NCBI GenBank assembly: GCA_050575255.1 | Contig: JBNZDD010013681.1 | Span: 1,927,871 to 1,991,870 of the forward strand | Direction: 5' to 3' | Source of the DNA: Harriotta raleighana | Taxonomy: Eukaryota | Length of the DNA: 64,000 bases | Shown here: piece by piece, positions 27,971 through 41,810 of the stretch | Numbering within the stretch: the first letter of the stretch is position 1 | Layout: each line of letters begins with the position of its first letter | The notes under the pieces: model-generated | What the model was told of the DNA's origin: nothing | The model's database searches: none | The model's input: only the letters and a program-made list of their open reading frames with translations | Program-made: the position numbers and the translations under genes

Positions 27971-28909
27971 AAAATCACAAATCTAAAATCCACAGCAAGT
28001 TACTCCAACAACGGAAAGAAAAAGATGAGTTGAGTGTCAGGCGAAGCCTTGGCTTCTGTCTGGTCTAAATATCCACTGGTCCGTGAGAAATAAAGCTTGA
28101 TGTGGAACATGTGGGAGAGGAAGGGAAAACTGGCAGAACACTCTAGCCTCTTCCTGGTGATTCAACTAAGGAGTGGCATGACAAGGAGGGCTGGAAAACT
28201 GCAAAATATGGTTGGGACCATTTCCAAACAGCTTAAGAACACCTCCTCCGGCTGAGTCAACTATAGAGTCTTGAGACATCTGTGGGGTGATGGTATCCTC
28301 TGACCAGAGGATAATATTGTGGGAAAAACTTACAAAATTAAAGTGAACAGAATTAGTGACATATCAGGGTGTTGAACCTATGTCGACCTGACAGCCAGAA
28401 ATATGTCATAACTTGCATTGATATAGCAACATTTGCATGTTGGATGGTTGTCTCAAAGTGCTTCACATGTTAGGCACCTCAGTGGAACTATTCTCCATAA
28501 AGAGTAGCAAATATGTGTTTTTTTATGTGTAACACATTTAATGTGGTGTGTGAAGTTATTTTTCCATAGACGAAATCTCTTAAGGTTTCTAAAAGAAGCT
28601 GGACTGAGGAAAGAGGATAAAGAACAGTGGTCATGAAAATGGTGTTGCACAAAGTTATTTCGTTGCCAGTGCGTGATGGTACTTTTTATTTCTGCCCTAA
28701 TAGTTTCCAAACTATACATGACAGCATTAATAAAAAGTGTGGATATCACCCTTCTAAAACCCTCTTCAGAATATTTTTTAGTATAAGTTATAGTTCTTCT
28801 TCCTTTGTTTACTTCACACCTCCCTGTTGTCAAACAGGTTTCATATTTTGCATCTTTTATCAGCTAGGAAGTAAAATACAAATGGCCTACAACATATCCA
28901 GATCATAAA

Positions 28910-29130
28910 GAGATTCTTCACACAAAAGGTTGTGAAAATGTGGTTTGCATCACTAAGAAGACTGTTGTGCCAGAATCAGTTGTATCATTTAAGAAACACA
29001 TATTTGGGAAATAACGAGTATTCACAGACATTTAGGAGTAGAAGGCAGGAAAATGGAATTAAAACATCTGCCATAATCTAACAAATTGTCCATAGAGGCT
29101 CCACAAGCTGAATGGCCTTCTGTACTGTAC
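28910..29130 (+). mobile_element. Degraded CR1-clade LINE 3' end
   Basis: TTCTTCACACAAAAGGTTGTGAAAATGTGG (FFTQKVVKMW) ... GCTGAATGGCCTTCTGTACTGTA. Confidence 0.65.
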
Positions 29131-29403
29131 ATTTAGATGGTGATGGAAGTCTATGGGTTATTGAGCTAACGTCTTTCTCATGTTCCAATGTTTCTACTAT
29201 TGTGTCATTTTTGCAAAGCAAATTGATTATGGTTGAATAATGCAGAGAAAAGGATTGGAAAGTTTCATTCAATTCACTTTATCCTGATACCCATACTATT
29301 CAGCTTTAACCAATTTATCTCAGAAGATAAAATAAATTGGGCAGAAACCTTGATTGGGTAGATTGTACATAATCTGTGGAGGAATCAGATTGATGGGCAA
29401 ATA

Positions 29404-29805
29404 CAGTAAAATTCCTTTAATCCGACACCTGTAATTCGGAATGCTTTATAATCCAGCATCTGCGACGGTCTGTTTTTTTCCAATATGCGCATCTATATGA
29501 GCATCTCTTCCCAGAGAGCCTTCGCACTACTCGATGCATTTTCCTAGGGGGCTCGTCACTGACGTAAGGTTTAATAAGTACGCATGTGCGAGCGCAATTT
29601 TTATTTATTTTTTAAAAATTAACTTTCGGTGGGTGCAATGCCTGTTTAGGCAGATCGTCTGCTCCGCCGGGATAGGGAGAGCTCTGGTTTTTGCTATAGA
29701 GATATGTAATATAGATAAGAGCACAGCACACTCAAATCCTCCCATCCCTAAGAGTAATGTTCAACAATCCGGCACCGCCTAGGTCCCGAACGTGGAATTT
29801 TACTG
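29404..29805. mobile_element. MITE (subfamily C)
   Basis: TA-CAGTAAAATTCC ... GGAATTTTACTG-TA: a perfect 12-bp TIR with TA duplication. Confidence 0.9.
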
Positions 29806-32800
29806 TAGTACATTCTTATTCTGTGCTCTTGTAGTTACGTTACTGGTCATATTTTTAATATGACTATTTTGCTTAAAGGAATAATTGGATTATCATTAGA
29901 GTAATCATTGCATTTCTTTTTGCACCTAATTATGTCATCAAAACATTCAAAAATACAGGATTTTACTGTAAAGAATAGTGAAGTACCAAACAATCACAGA
30001 GATTTATAGCACAGAAGAATGCCAAAAGGCTACCGTGTCTGTGCCAGCTCTCTCAAGAGCAATTCTTACCTTAGTGGAAAACAATTTGAATGTGCAGATG
30101 GTAGCAGATATATTGGAAAGATTATGCGTCATAATAATGTAAATGTCCAGGGCCTAGAAGGAATCCATGATTCCTATTCTGAAGTAATTCAATTGTCACT
30201 TGTTTGGATGAGGCATGGTGGCCGATGCAAACACGGGTGATGCTCGCACCCTCCCTTGCTCCATAGCCATGACTATACTGTTGTCATGAACGAATTAGTG
30301 AGAAGCATTTGTGAACAGTTATTGTTAAAGAGACGGAATGAAACAGCAAATTGTAAATCACCCCACTCTGCGAGGGAGGCCTAAACAGTAGAGCTATCCT
30401 CCGTCCCATCAATTGCATTCTCTCCATCTTCAACACTCTCCCGTCCAAATAATAATTCTAGAATTGCCTCCTCAGGGAAAATCAGCGCTTTCAGCACTAC
30501 TACTCTGCCAGATAATGCCCTCCTCCCAATTTGTCTGAATGTCAGTTCAGCCTTGGGATGTACCCGCAGTGAAATTTCAGACAGGGTGATTTGACCACTT
30601 CGAAAATTATTACTGCAGTGCATTAAATCTACCATCAATATCAGTTTCATTTGCGGTACAATTAGCATTTTTCTTGCTATGCACAAGAAATCTTTGATGA
30701 CATTTATGTGTTATTACAGCTTGCTGGCAGATTACATTGACAAGAACAACTTCCCATATTGAGCATGTATGTGCTGAAGCCCTCCTGTACCCTGCTAACA
30801 ATGCTGCATCTTTGCACTTCTGCTCAAGTCATTGAGTTTCTTCCGAATCTCCTGGAGTGACTTTCCAGTCTCAGGAACTGCATGGACTAGTGCAGATCCT
30901 CTCGTTCAGTATTGGGAATGAATTACATCGACTGCTATGGTCTCCTTCAGACGAGTTACTAAACAAGCTCTTATGATTTAGGTGAAAGTTAAAGATGCCA
31001 GAACACAATTCCAAAACAGAAGGGTGCTACCTTTGTTTTCATTCACTTCATGGCTGTTCGCCAACCTTGCTGTGCACAAGGTAGCTGCTGGATTTCCCTA
31101 CAAAAAACAGTCACTACACTTGACAATCATTTTTTCTGAAGTATTTTGAGACAATTTGATCTGATAATGCACTATGAAAATACATTTGCTTTTCTTTATG
31201 CTGATTCGAAAGATCAACTCTCTTCAAATTTGGCGTCTAATAGCACCTTTCATGTCAGGAGGACGTCCCAAGGCACTGAATATATGAGGTGAATGTCCTC
31301 CCCAAACCAAGAAAGTCCTCTTGACATTTCAGTATTGTCTCCATAGGAACTGTCTGTGGTACCTGTCAGATGTGTGCATCCTGAATCTGACGCAGTAAAT
31401 TCACATCCTTGCTTTTAGTGCCTTGTCACATCATTGAGTTGTCTCAAAGAGCTTCATGAAATATTTTGTAAAGTGAATTTTATAAAGTGTATTTTGTGGG
31501 TGAAACGTGGCAGCCAATTGTGCACAGCAGTATCTCATAAACAGTCATAATTGGCTTGTTAAATGTCCTTGATTAGTGTGAAAAACACTTAAATCACTGG
31601 GCCACTCAGTGGCAGCCAGCGGGGCACAACTCAAGGCCCTATCCTCCTTGGGCAAAGGCACGTAAGGTCCCTTTGCAGCTGAGCTGGCTCTAACACGATG
31701 TGCTTGATAATGGAATGTTGGAATTGAGCCAACCCTTTGTGGCAGACTCTAGTCTGGTTCTTTACCAAGCAAATCCACAGTATAATAACAACTTGGACTT
31801 ATATAGTGTCCTACATGCGGGGTAGCGTCTCAGAGCGCTTACTGACAGACCAACTAACCTGGACTATCAGCAGGACTTGAGAGTAGAAGAGTGGGAGCAG
31901 AAATTCTTCACGTTCAGATTCTGTTAACCAAGCAAACACCTTGCCAGTATGTTCTACAAAAAGTCATGGGAGGGTGTGACCAGCACTACATTGGAGTGTC
32001 AATTTAAGACTATGTGAATCCAAAATCCCAATGTGGGGCTTGAACTTCCAACCTTCTGACTCAGAAGTGAGAGCGCTACCACTAAACCAAGTTGACACAC
32101 TGTGCAAAAAGCAGCATGCAAGGCATGTCCCATCCAGGCCCATTCCACAGAGCAGCCTTCTGGAGTACAGTTGTGAAAATGTGCCTACCATTGGCGATCG
32201 GACCTTCAGCTATTCTGCCGCCCAGTATCTAAAACTCTATCCCAGAAACCCTCCGCCTTGCCCCCTTCCTCACCTCCTTCAAGACCTTTCCTCTTTGATC
32301 ATGCTTTGCCTACCCTCCCACTTACCCTCCAAGCCTTCTTGATTCCCACCATCAGTTCAGGTGCAATTGTCCAGTAGCTTGGGAATTCCTTCTGACGTAA
32401 AGGACGCAATGTAAATGTAATTCTGTTGTTGTTCTAAGAATCTGCCATTGTCCACCCTAGACCATCTCCTTGTGAATTCTCAACAAAGTTTAACTTTCAC
32501 ACTGATTGTGCTGCACTACAAGCAGTACTCTGAAAGGGGCATTTCAACATTACGATTTTCAAAATAAATTTTGAAAAGACAAAAAATTTGTTTGGAAAAC
32601 CATTTTTTTCTTTAGGAAGGGACAACAGCCAAGAAATAAAGTCCTGTGTCATTTTCATCACAGATTCATGGCTTGAATTTTTATTTTTTTTAAATTAAAA
32701 ATGTCCCTATTCAAAGCTTCAAAAGAGGGCAGTGAGTTCAGTAGAATTCACACCCACCACATTGGTACTAGATGGGTTAGTTTCGCTCTGCTTTTGAAAC

Positions 32801-34779
32801 CACCACCGTCAAATAGTTTTGAAATCCCAGCTGCAGTCCAATTCGTGCTGTCTGAAACTCTGCTTAAAGTGCACGTTCTGCAAAGAATTGCTGCCAAACT
32901 CACTGTCTTGTTGCCAATCGTGCAGCATAAACGCAACATAAGTTAGGCTAAGGGAAGTATTTGTGCCTTGAGACTTTTTTTTAAAAGCCTGAGCAGTTTC
33001 TGAGATTTAAACCTTCTCTATGAGTATACACAGAAGGGATCATTAAGGAAATAATAGGTTGCTGGGGCAGGGGCTTACTTTCCCTACTGTTTCACATTGG
33101 AAAATATTCCTGTTATGTAAACTATTCCTTATTTTTCCTCCACCTTCCTCTGATGAGTGTTTCTTCCGATTTTCATGTGTTCAAATGAAAAGTTATTTGC
33201 CCCACAATATGGTTGGAGCCAGATTTATGTGCAGTGCAATTCAATGAACTGAAAGTTTGTACGATAATACATTTTTAAAAGTTGATTGGTGCATTGAAAA
33301 CATATTCATTAAGATTGATTTTGTGATGGCTGAAATCCCTCTTTATTTCAACACTGCTGGTGTACGAATCGTAGAAATGATCTGGTTTAGATTTGGATAA
33401 AAGAAACTATTACGGGTGAAGTTGATTACTCTAATAAATTAGGTTGTCATTGCCACACATCTCATATGATAAACATTACACATCTGTGAAGATTAAAACA
33501 CCACAAGATTAATCACAGTTCTGTTTCAGACTCGAGGTGAAAGGTTCCATGGTAAGTGAAAGCATTAATCATTAAAACAAAGTTGCCCTTGTTTGACGAG
33601 TCATGTGGACAGATATTGATCTGTATTCTATACATGCAAAGTTGGTTTCAAACTTATTGGAGCAGCCATTATATCTAAATGCCTTTTCTGCTGTACATCA
33701 GGATGTCCACATAAAAGATGGCTTCAAATGTCTCATATCAAATGAATGCAAAAATCACACACACACCCACACTCATATACACACGCACAAATATAATATA
33801 TATACAGCACCAGCTTTTCACTGGGGATGGAATAACCAAATCAAATTAAGAACATTTGTTAAAATGGTTTTTTTTTTTTTTAAAATCACTCCCGACTTAG
33901 AATTACCAAACAAATGACAATAATAAACATTCGCACATTTGTCTCAATGTCTCACAATGGCAAGAAATCAGCAGGAAGGGAAAAATCAAACTTGCATTCC
34001 ACAGTTGCCATAACATTGCTGCTAAGATATCTAAAATATGAAGTGGTCTTACTATCCTTCCCTACTTAACTTCCCCAAGAATCGCCATTGCAATACAAAC
34101 AAACACCAAGCGGTAATGCCACAAGGAGTCTCATTTGTATGCAGTACATACCCCATTTGAGTGGTGGGCATGTGGTGAGAATCCTTTTTGTTTACTCTGG
34201 AACCATCCTGACGGACTGGCAAAAGTAAACAAACTGTTCACACTACATTGTGATGTTTACTGGTGTTGTAAAGCAATAACCTTGCAATCCTGTCTATTGC
34301 CACGTTTATTATGCATTCATACCTGTGGTTGTTGCATTGAAGAGTTACCAATTATAAGCACGTTGGCGCAGGGACAATCCGGGGACAACAAAACAAAAGT
34401 TAAGTGCTTTATACAGGGAGATAAGAAAAATCATTGGGAGATACATCCTTAAAGCACTCTTGTGCTAGGGGCCAACGTCCCAGAATGGATTTCACAGCAT
34501 GCCAGCGCACTGGGAGAAAGAGGGGGAAAGAAAACTTCAGATGATACTGAAATACCTCACAAGAAAATCCAACTGTTATTTTCTATAATAAAATTCTAGA
34601 AGAAAATACATAAACATTGTTTTCACGGCAACGTGAGGCACAACAGGGGAAGGGTGCACTTCCTTAACATTTTTAGTTAAGACTCATTAACCAAACTTGC
34701 ATGAAGTTTGCTAAAGGCTGATTTGGCGGAGGCATCCAAGAATTCATTTTAAAATTTGGAATGACTTTTAATTCACTCA

Positions 34780-34959
<180 letters not shown>

Positions 34960-36943
34960 TTAGGTTCTTTTTTATATAGCCTTCGTACACAGAAGGAATA
35001 ATTGGCACAAGGTTAAGTTTATAGTTATTTGCAAATTCACTGAAGGGAATTGCACTTTGCAGGCCAGACATTAATTTTTTTTGAGCTCCAGCCAGCGCTG
35101 GAAAACGTCTAGACTAGGGGTTAGATTTATAAATTTACTTCTGGTAACTTGGGACCACCTGAAACTTGAGCCCAAAGAGGGAATTAAAAACAACATTTCT
35201 ATTTTTCAACTATTCTTACCCAGCAAAAAAGTAAAAGGTATGTTGGTCAGGCAGATTTTTGGGGGGGTTGAACAGTAAGTTGTTTATACTGTAGCAAGTA
35301 ATTGAAACAGCTAAGTGTTATCTTAACACAGTCAAAATTCTGTTTCAAAAAGCTTTCTTGTGTGAACAGATTAAGAAAAAAATATCTAAAATACCTAGAG
35401 GAAATCAGAAATGAATCTTTTAATTTACTTATATGCTATTAATATTTTCGGAGTAGTGAAAAACGCCTGAGAAATGTTGATGTACAATATTTTATAGGAT
35501 ATTCTTTTTCATTTGTTCAATATTACGAATTCACTCATGTGCAATGTCCTAATCATTTAATTTAGCAAATATATCTGTTCGCTTATAAATAAATCCAATC
35601 ATAAATAATATTACATTGTGAACATGAAATTATCTACATAATAAAATTGCATTGCATTTATTTATAATCTCACAAAGTCAAATTCGGCATATTCAGTGAA
35701 GTTCTGTATGGCACTTTGTCCACATACATCAATAAATTCACTTTGTTGAGCAAATGAAGCAAACTAGCCCTCACAGTATCAGAAAATGATTTCAAACTTT
35801 TAAACAAAGGTATAAGCTGCAATGCAGTGCAAGCTTCATTACATACAGTGTGACCCTCTTAGAAGGCGTTTTGTTCAGAATGGGTTTGATTCTAGCTCAG
35901 GTCCACTGTGAACCTATGTTTTATCAGAAGCTCTGCAAATGTAATTTCATGGGGCCTCTGCATGTGTCCTATGCGCAGGAAGTGACATTAGTGATGCTTG
36001 TGTGCATAACAGGACATGTAGGCTCACCATGCACAGGAGGTGATATCAGCGGCAACTGACACACTGGAAATGAGATGGGAGGCATTTTTTTTGCAGTCCC
36101 ATTATAACACATTGTGCAATTTGGGGGGGATCAGAGACACCACATAATAACTGTACTCTGTACAGTATATAACAAGTGTATAAACTTACAACCAAATTGT
36201 AAGCAATATGGAGTATCAATCAACTATTTGCAAGCACTGGTAGAAACAGAAGCTTAATTGCAATTTTATTCAAATTACATGTAATAAATACAGAATGTTA
36301 GCTTTGTAATGATGGTTTACAAAGTTCCAACACAATTGAGCAGATCGGATGATATCATAAACTGTGACAATGAAACTCAAGTGTTTTTTCAACCCTATCT
36401 GAATCCCAGATTGTGTTACAGTGCATAATTGACTCCAGCATTACTTTAAATAATACATGGTAGCTGTGTTAGTTTCTGTTAGTTTTGTACCTCGGAACAA
36501 TCACACTGCAATACAGTCCAACATATTTATGGTGCCATGCCTGCCAAGAAGTTGGTGAAAGCAGTTATATCTCATGACAGGACGAGAGGAATACAACACA
36601 GAATACTACAAAAAAGCAATGGCGGTGATGCTGGTGTGTTACAGGAAAATAAAGTAGTCATAAGGATATTTGCATAGTTCTCTAAATTAAAAAAATGCAA
36701 TCACTTTACTGTTTTTTATGAAGCAGCCTGGTTGTCATAAAGATAAATAAGCGATAGCTGCAAAGCAAGAGAAGGAGGATAACGTTTCACCTAATTTAAA
36801 CCTTAAGGGTAATTTAAAAATAATAATAATAAACTTTTTTATCTTTTCAGGTCAAGGAAAACCAACTGGCATCAAAGCGAAAGGTTAATGGGTCAATAAC
36901 AACTACTGGAAAACATTCATTAGGCCTCAGCAGTAAAACTTAC

Positions 36944-36987
36944 CCAGAGTTCCACAAGGCTTGTTTTTATAGGTGCAGATGTCATAT
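36944..36987 (-). CDS. ADAMTS6: ADAMTS6 short coding exon (44 nt), metalloprotease domain, copy 1
   Basis: Reads (R)YDICTYKNKPCGTL(G). Polypyrimidine tract plus TAG acceptor, GTAAGT donor. Confidence 0.92.
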
Positions 36988-39283
36988 CTAAGAAGAGAAG
37001 GGAAAAAAGTTTTGAAGAATTCAGTAGCAAATAAAATAGCATTTGATTTTATATAGCTGTTCCATTAACGTAGTATAGTTAATACTTGCAGACGATGATC
37101 AGCCTGTCTACTATGTTGCCAGCTAGTTTTGGCATTTTCAGCACTCCAGTGTAAACCACATAAGCAGCACGCTTACAGGTCCTGGCCTACAGCCAACAGG
37201 AGTCCTGCCAAATAGAACATTTAAACTTGATCTTTGTAGTCAGTAAAAGGAAAATGGTTTGCCATGTTGAGGTGAAGAGAAGCAGTATGTCTCGAGACAC
37301 AGCCATGGTAAACAGTTGTCAAGCTTTTGAAAAAAGAAGAGGATTTGAGTTTTTAAAATGATCAGATTAATGTATTTACAGCTTATATCAAGGACTTGTT
37401 TAGCCATTTAAATGCTCACTCGGATTCATCATACAGATAGATTACCTACCCAGTCAAACTTCTTCATCCTTCATTTGTCAGGATAATAATGCTGAAAACA
37501 GTGGGAGTGATATTTTTGGAGTAATTATCAGCCGATCAATAATTGTACCAAACTCGATGACGTGAACTTAAAACAGGATATTCCCCCCTACATATTCACA
37601 CTATCAAGATCAGCAAATATCTTACAGAGGAAAAACATGTTGAATGTTGCAGACCTGTCAGTAATAAGATTCTGGATGAAACTCAACTTCCTTCAGCTAA
37701 GCATGGACAAGACCTAGCCATCCTCCTCGGCTCCCCAAACAATGTCTCCTTTTTTCTGATTCAGACATTCTCAACCTGACTGACTTTTCTCCCAAACTGA
37801 CTGAATCAGTGTGGAACTTTTGTGTTTGATTCAACCCTTGGCTCTCTTTCCTCTTCATTTATCTTACCACTTTTCTGTATCTTCGGAGCATCTTCCATAT
37901 CCATTACTATCTCATACCCACAGCTGCCAAAACTCTCATTCAATCCTACATCACCTTCACTCAACTTTGCAAATGTCCTCCTTGTCAGTTTTCCCAGTTC
38001 CATACATCCAAACCTCAACCTGGTCCCACAAAAACCTGGTCATGTCCAATGTTCCCATCCTCACCAGGCTCCACTGTTATCCATCTCCAAATGGATTGAC
38101 TTCAAATTCTCGATCCTCATTTACAAATCCCTTCACACACGCATTCTTGATTTTCCCCAATCTTACTCTTCTGCTCACTCCTCCCCTCAGCAAATTCAAG
38201 CAGACTCAGAANGTTCAGAATGGGTTTGATTCTAGCTCAGGTCCACTGTGAACCTATGTTTTATCAGAAGCTCTGCAAATGTAATTTCATGGGGCCTCTG
38301 CATGTGTCCTATGCGCAGGAAGTGACATTAGTGATGCTTGTGTGCATAACAGGACATGTAGGCTCACCATGCACAGGAGGTGATATCAGCGGCAACTGAC
38401 ACACTGGAAATGAGATGGGAGGCATTTTTTTTGCAGTCCCATTATAACACATTGTGCAATTTGGGGGGGATCAGAGACACCACATAATAACTGTACTCTG
38501 TACAGTATATAACAAGTGTATAAACTTACAACCAAATTGTAAGCAATATGGAGTATCAATCAACTATTTGCAAGCACTGGTAGAAACAGAAGCTTAATTG
38601 CAATTTTATTCAAATTACATGTAATAAATACAGAATGTTAGCTTTGTAATGATGGTTTACAAAGTTCCAACACAATTGAGCAGATCGGATGATATCATAA
38701 ACTGTGACAATGAAACTCAAGTGTTTTTTCAACCCTATCTGAATCCCAGATTGTGTTACAGTGCATAATTGACTCCAGCATTACTTTAAATAATACATGG
38801 TAGCTGTGTTAGTTTCTGTTAGTTTTGTACCTCGGAACAATCACACTGCAATACAGTCCAACATATTTATGGTGCCATGCCTGCCAAGAAGTTGGTGAAA
38901 GCAGTTATATCTCATGACAGGACGAGAGGAATACAACACAGAATACTACAAAAAAGCAATGGCGGTGATGCTGGTGTGTTACAGGAAAATAAAGTAGTCA
39001 TAAGGATATTTGCATAGTTCTCTAAATTAAAAAAATGCAATCACTTTACTGTTTTTTATGAAGCAGCCTGGTTGTCATAAAGATAAATAAGCGATAGCTG
39101 CAAAGCAAGAGAAGGAGGATAACGTTTCACCTAATTTAAACCTTAAGGGTAATTTAAAAATAATAATAATAAACTTTTTTATCTTTTCAGGTCAAGGAAA
39201 ACCAACTGGCATCAAAGCGAAAGGTTAATGGGTCAATAACAACTACTGGAAAACATTCATTAGGCCTCAGCAGTAAAACTTAC

Positions 39284-39327
39284 CCAGAGTTCCACAAGGC
39301 TTGTTTTTATAGGTGCAGATGTCATAT
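39284..39327 (-). CDS. ADAMTS6: Identical second copy of the 44-nt ADAMTS6 exon; probably the same exon represented twice by the assembly
   Basis: Same sequence and splice sites as 36944-36987, offset by exactly 2340 nt, inside a duplication joined by a single N. Confidence 0.5.
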
Positions 39328-39959
39328 CTAAGAAGAGAAGGGAAAAAAGTTTTGAAGAATTCAGTAGCAAATAAAATAGCATTTGATTTTATATAGCTGT
39401 TCCATTAACGTAGTATAGTTAATACTTGCAGACGATGATCAGCCTGTCTACTATGTTGCCAGCTAGTTTTGGCATTTTCAGCACTCCAGTGTAAACCACA
39501 TAAGCAGCACGCTTACAGGTCCTGGCCTACAGCCAACAGGAGTCCTGCCAAATAGAACATTTAAACTTGATCTTTGTAGTCAGTAAAAGGAAAATGGTTT
39601 GCCATGTTGAGGTGAAGAGAAGCAGTATGTCTCGAGACACAGCCATGGTAAACAGTTGTCAAGCTTTTGAAAAAAGAAGAGGATTTGAGTTTTTAAAATG
39701 ATCAGATTAATGTATTTACAGCTTATATCAAGGACTTGTTTAGCCATTTAAATGCTCACTCGGATTCATCATACAGATAGATTACCTACCCAGTCAAACT
39801 TCTTCATCCTTCATTTGTCAGGATAATAATGCTGAAAACAGTGGGAGTGATATTTTTGGAGTAATTATCAGCCGATCAATAATTGTACCAAACTCGATGA
39901 CGTGAACTTAAAACAGGATATTCCCCCCTACATATTCACACTATCAAGATCAGCAAATA

Positions 39960-40762
39960 TCTTACAGAGGAAAAACATGTTGAATGTTGCAGACCTGTCA
40001 GTAATAAGATTCTGGATGAAACTCAACTTCCTTCAGCTAAGCATGGACAAGACCTAGCCATCCTCCTCGGCTCCCCAAACAATGTCTCCTTTTTTCTGAT
40101 TCAGACATTCTCAACCTGACTGACTTTTCTCCCAAACTGACTGAATCAGTGTGGAACTTTTGTGTTTGATTCAACCCTTGGCTCTCTTTCCTCTTCATTT
40201 ATCTTACCACTTTTCTGTATCTTCAGAGCATCTTCCATATCCATTACTATCTCATACCCACAGCTGCCAAAACTCTCATTCAATCCTACATCACCTTCAC
40301 TCAACTTTGCAAATGTCCTCCTTGTCAGTTTTCCCTGTTCCATACATCCAAACCTCAACCTGGTCCCACAAAAACCTGGTCATGTCCAATGTTCCCATCC
40401 TCACCAGGCTCCACTGTTATCCATCTCCAAATGGATTGACTTCAAATTCTCGATCCTCATTTACAAATCCCTTCACACACGCATTCTTGATTTTCCCCAA
40501 TCTTACTCTTCTGCTCACTCCTCCCCTCAGCAAATTCAAGCAGACTCAGAAACTCCACCCCAGCTGCTGCATCATTTTAACAAAACCTTCAGCCACTATC
40601 CATCCATCTCACTCCTTCTCTACCTGTCTCCAAAACCCACTGAACAACCTATGTACTTCTTTGCCTGAGCCTGTAGTTAACTCGCTGCTCCCTAATTTCT
40701 GCTCACCATCATCTCTGTAAAATGTTCCAAGACGTTACACTATGTGTTATTGTTGTTGTTCA
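39960..40762 (+). mobile_element. Old L2-clade LINE fragment (partly repeated at about 37620-38211)
   Basis: PILTRLHC and WIDFKFSILIYKSLH motifs in shifted frames; ends in a (TTG)n tail. Confidence 0.75.
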
Positions 40763-41388
40763 ATAACCTTAAGTGGTGGGTTCCTTTATTTTCTTCAGCT
40801 ATATCTTCCGTGTACCAATAGTTTCATAATTACGTAGGTAGCCCTAACATTTGACATTCCTAAAAGAAAATGTATTAAGAGATCTCAGTGAGCAGACTTT
40901 CTTTACAAGTCTTCAAACATCACTGACCCTTCTAGTGTGATGTTATTACTGCTATTGTATTATTTGTCCTTATTATATTTCCATAGCACAAAATAAATTT
41001 ACTGTCCTGAAGACCATTTGGCCTATTGTGTGTGAGAGTANTGATGTTATTACTGCTATTGTATTATTTGTCCTTATTATATTTCCAACGTGAAATAAAT
41101 TTACTGTCCTGAAGACCATTTGGCCTATTGTGTGTGAGAGTATTCCTTTCAGTTGTAATCTTTTCACCATTCCCGTGAAGCTGACACATTTTTAGGTATT
41201 TATCTAGTTCACCTTCACTATCTGCAAAAAAAACTATTCTGGTGAATAATAAGAATGGAAATAATCCACTTTCAGTCAGATGGGTTAGGAAAGGGATATA
41301 GGAATAAGGAAATGAGGAAACTTTGCCAGAGGGAGATAGAGTTTGGCCATTATTTGGGGGAATCATTTCAGCTGGATAGTGTCTTATA

Positions 41389-41810
41389 CTTCCTCACCTT
41401 CAAGGCCATTCACGGCCTTGCCCCCGCCTATCTCTCTGACCTGCTGTCTCCCTATCAGCCTGCCCGCACCCTTCGTTCAGCAGACTCAGGCCTGCTCCGC
41501 GTCCACCACCCTAACCATCCAACCATCGGTGGCCGGGCTTTCAGCCTCTCTGCCCCACACTTTGGAATTCCATCCCGCAGTTCCTCCACCTTGCTTCCTC
41601 CCTTTCCTCCTTCAAGGACGGTCTCAAGACCTTCCTCTTCGACCCCACCTTCGGTTCCTCCCCACCCTAACTCTTCCCTCTGTCCTTCCTCCTCCCCCTA
41701 CCCCCAATCCCCCCCCATGCTCGGGTCCCGACCTGACTGTTCAGTGCTTTGGGACGTCCTCCCAACGTGAAAGGCGCTATACAAGTGTAATTTTGTTGGT
41801 GTTATTGTTA
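41389..41810 (+). mobile_element. L2-clade LINE 3' fragment
   Basis: [35 protein letters not shown]...TIGGRAFS. Tail GCTTTGGGACGTCCTCCCAACGTGAAAGGCGCTATACAAGTGTAATTTTGTTG. Confidence 0.92.

Larger units (their letters stand above)
35873..40551. repeat. 2339-bp direct tandem duplication (35873-38211 / 38213-40551) joined by one N
   Basis: Lines match at offset 2340. By eye I found only two substitutions (37885 G vs 40225 A; 37996 A vs 40336 T). N at 38212. Confidence 0.97.
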
